Assembly (NCBI GenBank): GCA_965227295.1
Contig: OZ245742.1
Coordinates: 5,792,001 to 5,856,000, forward strand
DNA: 64,000 nt
Origin: Leptonemataceae bacterium
Lineage (GTDB): Bacteria > Spirochaetota > Leptospiria > Leptospirales > Leptonemataceae
Direction of reading: 5' to 3'
A program made the position numbers and the translations under genes. The notes beneath the pieces are model-generated. The model did no database searches and was not told the DNA's origin. It saw only the letters and a list, made by a program, of their open reading frames with translations. Within the stretch, counting starts at the first letter, position 1, and every line of letters starts with the position of its first letter. Positions 32,516-41,722 of this stretch are shown piece by piece.

Positions 32516-32845
32516 TTAGAGCAGGCGGAACAGGCTTCCGATGACGACCTCGGTCATACGAGCGACGAAGCGCTGCGCGGCGGCCTGAGCCGCGACGCCC
32601 TGGCGGACGGCTTCCATCTCGGTGAGGGTCTTCATGTCGAGAACGTTGCTCTTGAATTCTTCGCGGCTGATCTCTTCTTTCGCGAGTTGTACGAGATACG
32701 TTTCCAGACGATCGGCCTGTTCTTTGACAAAGTCGATGCCCTCGTTCTTCGCTTCGTCGAGCAGATTCATAACCTCGGTTTTCGCGGTTTCTTTCGCTTC
32801 TTCGACGAGGCCGTCAACGTAGGCGTTCCATTGTTCTTTTTCCAT
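32516..32845 (-). CDS. hypothetical alpha-helical protein
   Basis: 109 aa, preceded by AGGAAGGA RBS; downstream of a lipoprotein gene. Confidence 0.75.
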   Translation of the reverse strand: MEKEQWNAYVDGLVEEAKETAKTEVMNLLDEAKNEGIDFVKEQADRLETYLVQLAKEEISREEFKSNVLDMKTLTEMEAVRQGVAAQAAAQRFVARMTEVVIGSLFRLL

Positions 32846-32875
32846 AGTATTCCTTCCTGAATCTCAACCGCGGGC

Positions 32876-33292
32876 TCAGCGGTTCTTTTCCTGTTCGGTG
32901 CGGACGGCCTGTTCAAAAGCGGCCGCGATCAGTTCTTTCTTGTTATTCTTGTTCGTTGCCGACCAGCGGCCCTGCTCTTTGCGATTCTCGACGTGCCGGT
33001 CGAACATTTCCAGGACGTAACCGATCTGCACGGTCATGAGCTTGTTGGCCTGACCCTTGTCGGCCTCGTAACTCTGGAGATCGACGAGCTGCTGCCGAAC
33101 GGCGGCGATCTCTTCATCGTTGACCTGCGAACCCGTGAATGTGTCGTAGAGCTTCAGCACTTCGGTGCGAGTGGCTTCCAGACGGTCGACGGTTGCCTGG
33201 TCGTAAGCCGGCAGGATGGTGCAGGCCTGTAAAAATAGAAGCAGCGCCGGAATGAGCACGGCGATGCGATACGAATTTCGAATTGGTTTCAT
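32876..33292 (-). CDS. hypothetical lipoprotein
   Basis: Signal MKPIRNSYRIAVLIPALLLFLQAC; AAGGGGAG RBS. Confidence 0.8.
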   Translation of the reverse strand: MKPIRNSYRIAVLIPALLLFLQACTILPAYDQATVDRLEATRTEVLKLYDTFTGSQVNDEEIAAVRQQLVDLQSYEADKGQANKLMTVQIGYVLEMFDRHVENRKEQGRWSATNKNNKKELIAAAFEQAVRTEQEKNR

Positions 33293-33530
33293 GGACTCCC
33301 CTTGAAATCACCGCGCGGCGATACCGCGCCGGGTGTGTTGGTAAGGGGAGAATGAAAGCCTGATGAAGCGAACTCAAGCGGCTTTCGGCGAAGCGGGCAC
33401 GCGCAGGATCATTAATCTACGGAAATGTAAAGTTATGCAGCGCGGCGGAATGAAAACGTAAGATATTTTGCCGCGTCGTCGGAGGCGAAGTCCGTGGTGC
33501 CACCGACCACGGAAAACACGCCTCCTGACG

Positions 33531-34925
33531 TTACGCCTTCGGGGCGATCATATCTTCCGGCCGCACGATCTCATCGAACTTTTCTTCGGTAAGCAGACCG
33601 AGCTCAATCGCGCTCTCTTTGAGACGAATGCCTTTTTCGTGCGCATTCTTCGCGATCTTCGCGGCGTTGTCGTAGCCGATGTGATTGTTCAGCGCCGTGA
33701 CGAGCATGAGCGAGTTGTTCAGATGCGCCTGGATGTTTTCCTGATGCGGCTCGATGCCCACGGCGCAGTTGTCCGTGAACGAGTCGCAGGCGTCGGCCAG
33801 GAGGCGGATGCTGTTCAGCACGTTGAAAACGATTACGGGTTTGAAGACGTTCAGTTCGAAGTTCCCGGAGCTGCCGCCCACGTTCACGGCGACGTCGTTG
33901 CCGATGACCTGAGCGCAAACCATGGTCATGGCCTCGGACTGCGTCGGGTTGACCTTGCCCGGCATGATCGACGAACCCGGTTCGTTCGCGGGGATCGTAA
34001 TCTCGCCGATGCCGCAGCGCGGCCCGGAGGCGAGCCAGCGGATGTCGTTGGCGATTTTCATTAAGTTGCACGCAAGTGTCTTTAAGACCCCGCTCACTTC
34101 CACCAGGGCGCCGTGGGAGGCCAGGGCCTCGAACTTGTTCGGCGCGGAAACGAACGGCAGTTTCGTGATGCCGGCGATTTTTTCGGCGGCTTTCTGTGCG
34201 AACTCCGGATGCGTGTTGAGCCCGGTGCCCACCGCGGTCCCGCCCAGGGCCAGCTCGTAGACGCCCGGGAGGGAACGCTCCACGCGGGCGAGATCGTTCG
34301 TAAGCATCTGCACGTAGCCGGAAAATTCCTGGCCCAATGTCAGCGGCGTGGCGTCCATAAGATGCGTGCGGCCGATCTTAATGACGTCGTTGAATTTGTC
34401 GGATTTTTCTTTTAAGGTATCGCGCAGGCGCGTCACCGCTCCCCGCAGGCGATTGTTCAGTTGTTCGCCCACCGCGATGTGCATGGCCGTGGGAAAGGTA
34501 TCGTTTGAGGACTGGGCCTTGTTGCAGTGGTCGTTCGGATGGACGGGCTCCTTGCTGCCCAACTGACCGCCGGCGATTTCGATGGCCCGGTTGGCGATGA
34601 CCTCGTTGGAGTTCATGTTCGTTTGCGTGCCGCTGCCGGTCTGCCAGACCACCAGGGGAAAGTGATCGTCGAGTTTGCCTTCGATGACCTCGTTCGCCGC
34701 CTGGACAATGAGATCGCCCTTATCTTTCGGAAGCGTGCCCAGCTCCACGTTGGTCTCCGCGGCGGCGCGCTTGAGGATGCCCAGCGCCCGGATCATCTCG
34801 CGCGGGAAGCGATCCCCGCCGATCTTGAAGTTCTGCAACGAACGCTGCGTCTGCGCGCCCCAGTACCGGTCCGCCGGCACTTCCAATTCACCCATGGTAT
34901 CTTTTTCAATGCGATGCTCTGCCAT
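33531..34925 (-). CDS. fumC: class II fumarate hydratase
   Basis: [39 protein letters not shown]. Confidence 0.97.
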   Translation of the reverse strand: MAEHRIEKDTMGELEVPADRYWGAQTQRSLQNFKIGGDRFPREMIRALGILKRAAAETNVELGTLPKDKGDLIVQAANEVIEGKLDDHFPLVVWQTGSGTQTNMNSNEVIANRAIEIAGGQLGSKEPVHPNDHCNKAQSSNDTFPTAMHIAVGEQLNNRLRGAVTRLRDTLKEKSDKFNDVIKIGRTHLMDATPLTLGQEFSGYVQMLTNDLARVERSLPGVYELALGGTAVGTGLNTHPEFAQKAAEKIAGITKLPFVSAPNKFEALASHGALVEVSGVLKTLACNLMKIANDIRWLASGPRCGIGEITIPANEPGSSIMPGKVNPTQSEAMTMVCAQVIGNDVAVNVGGSSGNFELNVFKPVIVFNVLNSIRLLADACDSFTDNCAVGIEPHQENIQAHLNNSLMLVTALNNHIGYDNAAKIAKNAHEKGIRLKESAIELGLLTEEKFDEIVRPEDMIAPKA

Positions 34926-35112
34926 GGGGAACCGGTTCCCATGACGATGAACGGGTGTCAACTGCACAAGCTACGACTCCCCACCGGATTCGGCGGCCCG
35001 CGGGCTCTCACGGCTGCCCGCGGGTTGCATTCTCTGCCTGACGATCGGGCGAAACGCCGTTACCTCACGCAGCCTTCGTGGCTGAACGGCAGTTTGAAAC
35101 GCGGTCGTCTGT

Positions 35113-35143
35113 ATTGTACGCCATGCTGACAATCCGCTGACAA
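35113..35143 (-). promoter_or_regulatory. candidate promoter/operator upstream of fumC
   Basis: Minus-strand TACAAT (-10-like) with two TTGTCAGC direct repeats 11 bp apart upstream. Confidence 0.35.
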
Positions 35144-35310
35144 CGTATCTTCCGTAAACGTGCATGAACCTTTACACACGGGGAAGGTTTAGGCGTGCGC
35201 CGGACAGAGCAGCGTCACGTCTGCGACTTCCAAATGAATTCTACTTGATCGCTTCGCCTCCAGGACAGGATGCTCTTATTTTCATCGTTAATTTTCGGGA
35301 AACGAAGCCT

Positions 35311-35919
35311 ATGGCAACTCAGAGCAAAGACCCCGCGGTCCGTGAGACTTCCGACAAAGCCGTCGCCATTCTGGAAGCGGCGCTGGAACTCTTCGCCGCG
35401 CGCGGATACGACGGCACGCCGGTACCGCTGATCGCCGAACGCGCGGGCGTCGGCGCGGGCACCATCTACCGCTACTTTGAAAGCAAAGAAGTTTTAGTAA
35501 ACGTCCTGTATAAGAACTGGCGCATCGTATTCAGCGAAGCGCTCCTCAAAGATGTACCGGCCGAAGCCACGCCGCGGGAAACCTTCGCTCTGGTCTGGAA
35601 ACGCATGGCCGGCTTTCAGAAAGAGTTTCCCCTGGCCTTCGCGTTCCTGGAGTTCTATCATCATCCGTACTTAAACGACGAAAACCGTACATTAACGGAA
35701 AACATGGTGCAGTTCCTCGGCGGCTTCGTGCGCCGCGGCCAGGACCAGGGCATCTTTCAACAGATCGAGCCGGCCGTGTTGATCTTCATCGTCCTGGGCG
35801 CCTTCGTCGGCCTGGTGCGCGCCGAACGCGAGGGCCGCATCACGCTGTCCCCGGATACCATCGCCGAAACGGAAATCTACTGCTGGCGGGCCATCACCAC
35901 GCCGGGAACGAACGCGTAA
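35311..35919 (+). CDS. TetR/AcrR family transcriptional regulator
   Basis: ILEAALELF..GY, IAERAGVGAGTIYRYFESKE. Confidence 0.93.
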   Translation: MATQSKDPAVRETSDKAVAILEAALELFAARGYDGTPVPLIAERAGVGAGTIYRYFESKEVLVNVLYKNWRIVFSEALLKDVPAEATPRETFALVWKRMAGFQKEFPLAFAFLEFYHHPYLNDENRTLTENMVQFLGGFVRRGQDQGIFQQIEPAVLIFIVLGAFVGLVRAEREGRITLSPDTIAETEIYCWRAITTPGTNA

Positions 35920-35943
35920 GATTCAGGATTATATCCCCGGCAC

Positions 35944-37065
35944 TTAAACATCTCCCGCCCGCAACTTAAGGCTTTCCATAATCTTCCACCAGGCGCCATC
36001 CGCCCCGGGCACCTCCGGACCGCCCGGGCGAAATTCAATGTACAACCCGCGCCGGCCGCGGAGCACGTAGTACTCGTAAAAATAAAAGCGCCGGTCGCGA
36101 TCGCGCAGTTCACTCCGGAGCAGCCCGCAGAATCGGCCGTTCTCCGGGTCGCCGGCGCGACGATCAAAGCTGAGCCGGCCCTGGGCGTCCGCACGGGTAT
36201 CACAGAAATCCGCGTGCTGATCGCTTAACGTACGCTGAAATGCAAGTAAGCGTTTGCGCTGCGCCGTGAGCGTGCGACGGCGATCCCAGAGACGCACGTA
36301 GTCGGGCAACTCCGGATGGTACTGCCCGTGGTCCGCGCCGATCGTAACGATCCAGTCCGCATGTCCCAGATGCACCACGTCCGGATTGTCGCGTTCTTCC
36401 GGCGGGCGATGGTCCCCCGGCGAGGTCAGCGTGTTTTTTCGCACGTGCCCGCGCAAATGATGGTCCGCCGCAAACTTCCAGGCCCCGGGCAATTCCAGGC
36501 GAAAGCCGTGGCGATCACTCAACACGATCGTGCGGCCGCGCTCGTCGTCGAAGAAGGCATACGGATCCGAACGTAAATCAACGGCGGCGAAAGACGCATC
36601 GCGTTCGGCGAGATGATTCAGCCGCGCCGTAGCTTCCCGCGCGGCGCGCCGCACGGCCGCGTTCGCCCGCGGCAACGCCACGGTCATAGACCGCAACGCC
36701 TTCCAGATGCGCAGGGCCTCTTCTTTCAGACCGCGCCCGTACAACGCCTCCGCCTCGCTGTTGTACAACGGCGCCTCGCGACTGTCCGGCAGGACCGGCA
36801 ACCAGTTCGCATCGTACAAACCCGAGGGACCGAGCGGGTTAAACGCGATCTCACCGTGACGATCGATTTCGAATTTACGTTCACGCCGGTCTTCGATCGT
36901 CCAGCGATTGCGCGGGCTTTCGATGATTTCGCCGACCGCGCTGATGACTCCGCGCGCCCGCCGGGATTCCTGACCGGTCCAGTTCTCCCGGAGCAGCGGA
37001 TCCGCACCGGCGGACGTCGCGGCGGCCAGCACCGCAAAGGTTAAGATGCGCGTAAGGATTTTCAT
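35944..37065 (-). CDS. hypothetical exported protein
   Basis: Sec signal MKILTRILTFAVLAAATSAGA; 373 aa. Confidence 0.7.
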   Translation of the reverse strand: MKILTRILTFAVLAAATSAGADPLLRENWTGQESRRARGVISAVGEIIESPRNRWTIEDRRERKFEIDRHGEIAFNPLGPSGLYDANWLPVLPDSREAPLYNSEAEALYGRGLKEEALRIWKALRSMTVALPRANAAVRRAAREATARLNHLAERDASFAAVDLRSDPYAFFDDERGRTIVLSDRHGFRLELPGAWKFAADHHLRGHVRKNTLTSPGDHRPPEERDNPDVVHLGHADWIVTIGADHGQYHPELPDYVRLWDRRRTLTAQRKRLLAFQRTLSDQHADFCDTRADAQGRLSFDRRAGDPENGRFCGLLRSELRDRDRRFYFYEYYVLRGRRGLYIEFRPGGPEVPGADGAWWKIMESLKLRAGDV

Positions 37066-37145
37066 TGACCGGAGTGCTCCCGCGCCCTTCCCTGAAGCGC
37101 GGTTACTAATATAGTAACATCATCGGTCGTTCGCGGGAAATCGTT

Positions 37146-37865
37146 ATGGCATTGGAACAGGAGAAAGGCGTTTTCGAAAACATCAAGAACCTGGTGAAAC
37201 CGTTCTTCGACATGATGGTGGACATCAAGAAAGAAGGCCTGGAACACGTGCCCGGGGACGGCGCCGCCATCATCGTCGGCAATCATCGCTCGGACATGGA
37301 TCCGTTCATCGTCGCGTCCACCATCCCGCGGTACATTTCCTGGATCGCCGCCGAGTATACCGAGCGCATTCCCATCTTCAAAAATCTGGTCCGCGAAACC
37401 GGCGTCATCCCCATGCAGCTCGACGGTAACGTTACCGTATCTTCCATTAAGCGGCTCATGTCCGTGTTGCGCAACGGCGATCTATTGGGCATCTTTCCGG
37501 AAGGCCACGACTACATGGTGCGCAACGATTTCTCGGCGCCCATGGTGGACTTCCACAGCGGCTTCGGCACGTTCGCCTACCGCGCGAAGGCGCCCATCAT
37601 TCCGTTCGTCATCGTGCCCATCGAAGAGAACATCGAAACCATTCCCCTGCATCCACGGTTGCGGCAAATGATCGGCCTGCCCGACGAGGTCTGCCACATC
37701 CCGCATCGAGTGCAGTACCGCTCCGTGAAGATTGTATTCGCGCCGCCCGTACATGCGAAGGATTTTCGCGGCGTGCCCGAAAAAGAGGCCGTGCCGGAAA
37801 TTGTGACGAAGGTGCGCACGACCATGCACGAGTTGCAGGTTCGCAACGGCATGATCGCGAACTGA
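37146..37865 (+). CDS. lysophospholipid (PlsC-like) acyltransferase
   Basis: NHRSDMD (HX4D) and GIFPEG motifs. Confidence 0.9.
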   Translation: MALEQEKGVFENIKNLVKPFFDMMVDIKKEGLEHVPGDGAAIIVGNHRSDMDPFIVASTIPRYISWIAAEYTERIPIFKNLVRETGVIPMQLDGNVTVSSIKRLMSVLRNGDLLGIFPEGHDYMVRNDFSAPMVDFHSGFGTFAYRAKAPIIPFVIVPIEENIETIPLHPRLRQMIGLPDEVCHIPHRVQYRSVKIVFAPPVHAKDFRGVPEKEAVPEIVTKVRTTMHELQVRNGMIAN

Positions 37866-37872
37866 ACAGTTT

Positions 37873-39333
37873 TTAACTGCTGGAAGCAGCCGCGTCGTTC
37901 GCGGAATCGATGCGCAGCCGAAAAATTTCAATGATCCGATCGAACTCGACGACGCTCGCGTCGAGTTCCGACGACGAACCCGCGCCGAATGCACAGGCGT
38001 CGCGCAACTTTGCCAGGTTCGCGGCCGTCGATTCGAACATCCAGGCCGCCCCTTCGAAGAGATACAACTTGCGTAAGGCCTTGCGCGCGGTCTTCCAGTC
38101 ACCGGCGAGGGTCGCGGTTTCGAGAGCGGTGGCCACGGTCCAGTAGTCCCGCGCGTCGATGCCGCCGCGACGGGCCACGGCGAAGGCCGCGGCATGGGCG
38201 TACGTCCGCGCTTCGTCCTGCGCCTCTTCGAACTCCCAGGGATCCTGGCGGCGCAGAAAACGGTGGGCACGCACAAACATCAACGTGGCCGCGTTTACGC
38301 CGGGATAGTAATCCGACGGATCCAGATGAAAACCCTCGCGATACGCCGCGACCGCCTCGTCCAGATGCAACGAGGCTTCAAAGTCGGAACCGTTCGCCAG
38401 GGCTTCGTCGAAGTTATCTTTATGAATGCGGCCGAGCAATCCTAAAGTTTCGGAAGTATGAAGTTTATCCGCGATGAGTTGGTCCAGGACGGCCTTCGCC
38501 CGGCGGCGATCACCGTCACCCTTGCGGCGATTCAACGCGAAGGCAAACAGTTCGCGCACCGCCGGAGAAGCAGCGAGCGGACCGTCCGGCAACCGTTCCA
38601 CCGACGCAATCAACGCGTCGTAATCCTTGACGTCGCGATAGGCGCGCAAGAGATCCAGAAAAAGCTCCGTTTGATGTTCTCCGGGCCCGGCCTCGCCGAA
38701 GTGTTCGGCCGCAAACCTGGCCACGGCCTCCCGGGCGTTCGCGGCGCTGACGCTTTCGCGCAATGCCTCGCGCACGTGAGCGGCCGCGTTCAGCCGTTCG
38801 CGGAAACTCGCGGCGGTGCGCGGGTCCATCGGCACGCCGGGATAGTCCGGAATCAACCCGAACAACGGACTGTCCTGGAGATTCCGGTCCTCCAGGTATT
38901 CTTTGATCTTGCGCGTCAAGTTACTGCGCAACGATTCGGCCTCGGCGTCTTCGAGATAGCCGGCGTTGAGCTTGTACGGCAGACCGCGGAGCATGTTGAT
39001 GTCAAAGGGCGGCGGCCCCGAGGGCGCGAAGATCATGAGCGTGGAACGCGGTCGGGCGGCGTGACGTACGCCGAGTTCGTAGTATACGTTCGCGTTGGGT
39101 ATGGTGACCTCGGCGATGACGAAGTCGGCGCAGAGCAGACGCTCGAACATGGGCGTATGAATGATGCCGCCGCCCTTTTCCTCGTCGGCGCGGATCACGT
39201 CCAGTCCGGCATCCAGGCACGCCGGACGGATCCCCGCCTGGTAAATGCGATCGAAATCGATCTCGTGAATTCCGGCCGCGTCCATCTTCTTGCCGAAGGG
39301 CATTACGATAAAAGCTAAAGGATTATTCGACAT
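37873..39333 (-). CDS. NDT/deoxyribohydrolase-like domain + TPR-S (DUF4071, MAP3K TRAF-binding-like) protein
   Basis: FIVMPFGKK, RADEE, NANVYYELGVRHA; ETLGLLGRIHKD, YYPGVNAATL, DYW..AT..E. Confidence 0.85.
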   Translation of the reverse strand: MSNNPLAFIVMPFGKKMDAAGIHEIDFDRIYQAGIRPACLDAGLDVIRADEEKGGGIIHTPMFERLLCADFVIAEVTIPNANVYYELGVRHAARPRSTLMIFAPSGPPPFDINMLRGLPYKLNAGYLEDAEAESLRSNLTRKIKEYLEDRNLQDSPLFGLIPDYPGVPMDPRTAASFRERLNAAAHVREALRESVSAANAREAVARFAAEHFGEAGPGEHQTELFLDLLRAYRDVKDYDALIASVERLPDGPLAASPAVRELFAFALNRRKGDGDRRRAKAVLDQLIADKLHTSETLGLLGRIHKDNFDEALANGSDFEASLHLDEAVAAYREGFHLDPSDYYPGVNAATLMFVRAHRFLRRQDPWEFEEAQDEARTYAHAAAFAVARRGGIDARDYWTVATALETATLAGDWKTARKALRKLYLFEGAAWMFESTAANLAKLRDACAFGAGSSSELDASVVEFDRIIEIFRLRIDSANDAAASSS

Positions 39334-39342
39334 AAGTTAGAA

Positions 39343-39981
39343 TCAGCCCTGGGGGATTGCGCTTTTGTCGGAGCCGTCGTCCGTGGTCGCGGGACCGGGG
39401 CCGGTTTCGCTTTGCCCCGCGGCGGGCCTGGCGTCCGTCCCTCCGGCGACGGGCGCGTCTTCGGCTTTGTCGCTCTTCTTTGAAAGTACTTTGCGACTCG
39501 CGTTCCGGCCCCAGGCCGCCACGGTCTTTGCGATCAACCCTTCCGTGCGTTCGACGAAGAGCGGAAACGGATCCGCGCCTTCGGTGCTATCTTCGTCGTA
39601 GACTTCCGCCCGGGCCAGATAAAGAAACTTCTCGCGGGTCAGGGACTCACTGATGAGCCGGTAATCCACCCAGTTCTCGTGAAACTTAAAGAGCGATAAC
39701 ATGCCCGCAACGATTGTTAATAGGACACCGATGCCGCTCACTACCAGGGGTAGTACGAGGACGCCGAACGCCTCCGGCAAGACGATGGCGATGCCCGACA
39801 GGAACGGGATGCACGCCGCCAGGATGATGTTGAGTACCGTCAGCCAATGGTACCGGGTCTTGTTTTTCCCGCTGTTTTTGGAATGCCAGGCGATCTGTCC
39901 ATCCACGCGGTCCCGGATGTAGCCTGCCGGATCGAGATCGTCCGCCGTAAACGGCGCCGTTGAATCGGTGTAAGGGTGCAT
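39343..39981 (-). CDS. SLATT (DUF4231) two-TM protein
   Basis: YIRDRVDGQIAWH, two TM helices, FHENWVDYR..SESL.REKFLY, FVERTE. Confidence 0.88.
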   Translation of the reverse strand: MHPYTDSTAPFTADDLDPAGYIRDRVDGQIAWHSKNSGKNKTRYHWLTVLNIILAACIPFLSGIAIVLPEAFGVLVLPLVVSGIGVLLTIVAGMLSLFKFHENWVDYRLISESLTREKFLYLARAEVYDEDSTEGADPFPLFVERTEGLIAKTVAAWGRNASRKVLSKKSDKAEDAPVAGGTDARPAAGQSETGPGPATTDDGSDKSAIPQG

Positions 39982-40201
39982 GTTACGATCCTACTCCGAT
40001 CATCGAGATTCCGCGAGCGAGATTCCAGACCGCAACGTTGCGTTGCGCGAACTTTTCAGTCATTGCGAAAGATCCTTACCATTACCACGGCCGGCCGGAA
40101 AATCTCTGAAAAGCAAGCGCCCCTCGCAACGCTCCGCTTAAGATTCCCAAAAATTCAGCTTGCGGCATGTCTTAATATCGAGGAAATTCACGGGCCCCGA
40201 A

Positions 40202-41722
40202 ATGAAAGCGCCACAGAACGACATCTTCATCAGCTACGCTCACATCGACAACGCCTCGTTTTCGGAAGATGAGGAAGGCTGGGTCACGCAGTTGCACCGC
40301 ATCCTGGAATTGCGTCTGGCGCAATTGATGGGCGAGCAGGCCCGGGTATGGCGCGATCAAAAACTAAAGGGCAATGACATATTCGACGAGACCCTGGAGG
40401 AACGTTTTCGTAACACGAAGCTTCTGATCTCCATCGTAAGCCCGCGCTACGTTAAGTCCGATTGGTGCATTCGAGAATTGAACGGTTTCAGCGAGGTGGC
40501 CCCGCCCGCCGGGGATCGTTCCCGGGTGTTTAAGGTCGTGAAGACGCCCGTGGATCTTGACCGCATGCCGGAGCAGTTCCAGCGTACGCTGGGCTACGAG
40601 TTCTACAAAAAACATCCCGAAACCGGACGCCCCCTGGAGCTCAGCCTGGACCAACCGGAGACCAGGAAGGATTTCCTGGCCCGTCTGGACGATCTGGCGT
40701 ATGAGATCGTCGAATTACTGCAGGAACTCCGCAACGGAACGCCGGCCGATCCTCATCCGGAAGGCCGTACAATCTATCTGGCAGAAACAAGTTTTGATGC
40801 AGAGGATGAACGCGACGCGTTGAAACGCGATCTCCTGGAAAAAGGCCACCGCGTCCTGCCGAACCTGGAGTTGCCCGACAACGCTCCGGGAATCGACCGG
40901 GCGGTGAACGAAGCACTGGCGGAATCCGATCTTTCGATTCATATCGTGGGCGGCTACTACGGCGTGGTGCCCGCCGCCACGGAATACTCCGTCGTCCATT
41001 TGCAGGATGACATCGCCGCGGATCATGCCGAACAATCGCCGCAGTTCATGCGTTTGATCTGGCTCCCCGCGAATCGTCCGGCCCGGGAAGAACGCCAGCA
41101 AAAGTTCCTGCACGATCTGCATAATGACCCGCGCGCCGCGGGACGAACCGATATCGTGCACGGTACATTAGAGGAATTTAAGGAAGTCGTCGAAGAAACG
41201 CTGAAGAACCTGCGCAGTCGGGAAGCCCGTGCCGAAGAACGCGGGACCACCGCGAAGGAAGGCGCGGCGTCCGCGAACGAAAACGCGGGCAGCGTCTACC
41301 TGATCTACTGCCGCGAAGATGAGGAGGAGGCCTATTCCCTGGCGGAGTACCTGTTTGAAGTACACGGCCTGAACGTTATGACGCCCCTGCTGGACGGCGC
41401 GGGCGACGAAAGCGAACTGCGCGAAGATCATCGGGAGAATCTCGTTTCCTGTGACGCCGTAATAATTTTCTACGGCTCCGCTGAAGAGACCTGGCTGCGG
41501 GAAAAACTCCGCGAACTCAAAAAGATTCCCGGCTACGGTCGCGACCGTCCGTTTTCCGGCCGCGCGGTATTTCTGGCACCGCCGGCCACGCCGCATAAAA
41601 CCAAACGCCTGCTGGTCCAGGGCGTGGAAATCATTCGCAGTACCGACGAGATCCGTCCGGAGACCCTGGAAGATTTCGCGATTCGTATCAAAGAAAAATC
41701 CGGCGCGGAGGCGTCGGCATGA
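40202..41722 (+). CDS. TIR-domain protein with two further TIR/DUF4062-like Rossmannoid domains
   Basis: DIFISYAHID..WV, SPRYVKSDWCIREL; second domain TIYLAETS..DLSIHIVG; third domain SVYLIYCRED..CDAVIIFYG. Confidence 0.85.
   Translation: MKAPQNDIFISYAHIDNASFSEDEEGWVTQLHRILELRLAQLMGEQARVWRDQKLKGNDIFDETLEERFRNTKLLISIVSPRYVKSDWCIRELNGFSEVAPPAGDRSRVFKVVKTPVDLDRMPEQFQRTLGYEFYKKHPETGRPLELSLDQPETRKDFLARLDDLAYEIVELLQELRNGTPADPHPEGRTIYLAETSFDAEDERDALKRDLLEKGHRVLPNLELPDNAPGIDRAVNEALAESDLSIHIVGGYYGVVPAATEYSVVHLQDDIAADHAEQSPQFMRLIWLPANRPAREERQQKFLHDLHNDPRAAGRTDIVHGTLEEFKEVVEETLKNLRSREARAEERGTTAKEGAASANENAGSVYLIYCREDEEEAYSLAEYLFEVHGLNVMTPLLDGAGDESELREDHRENLVSCDAVIIFYGSAEETWLREKLRELKKIPGYGRDRPFSGRAVFLAPPATPHKTKRLLVQGVEIIRSTDEIRPETLEDFAIRIKEKSGAEASA

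Noticed and set aside
34971..35110. Known riboswitch, tRNA or 6S RNA
   Set aside because: No match to the consensus motifs I can recall; kept only as an unassigned structured leader.
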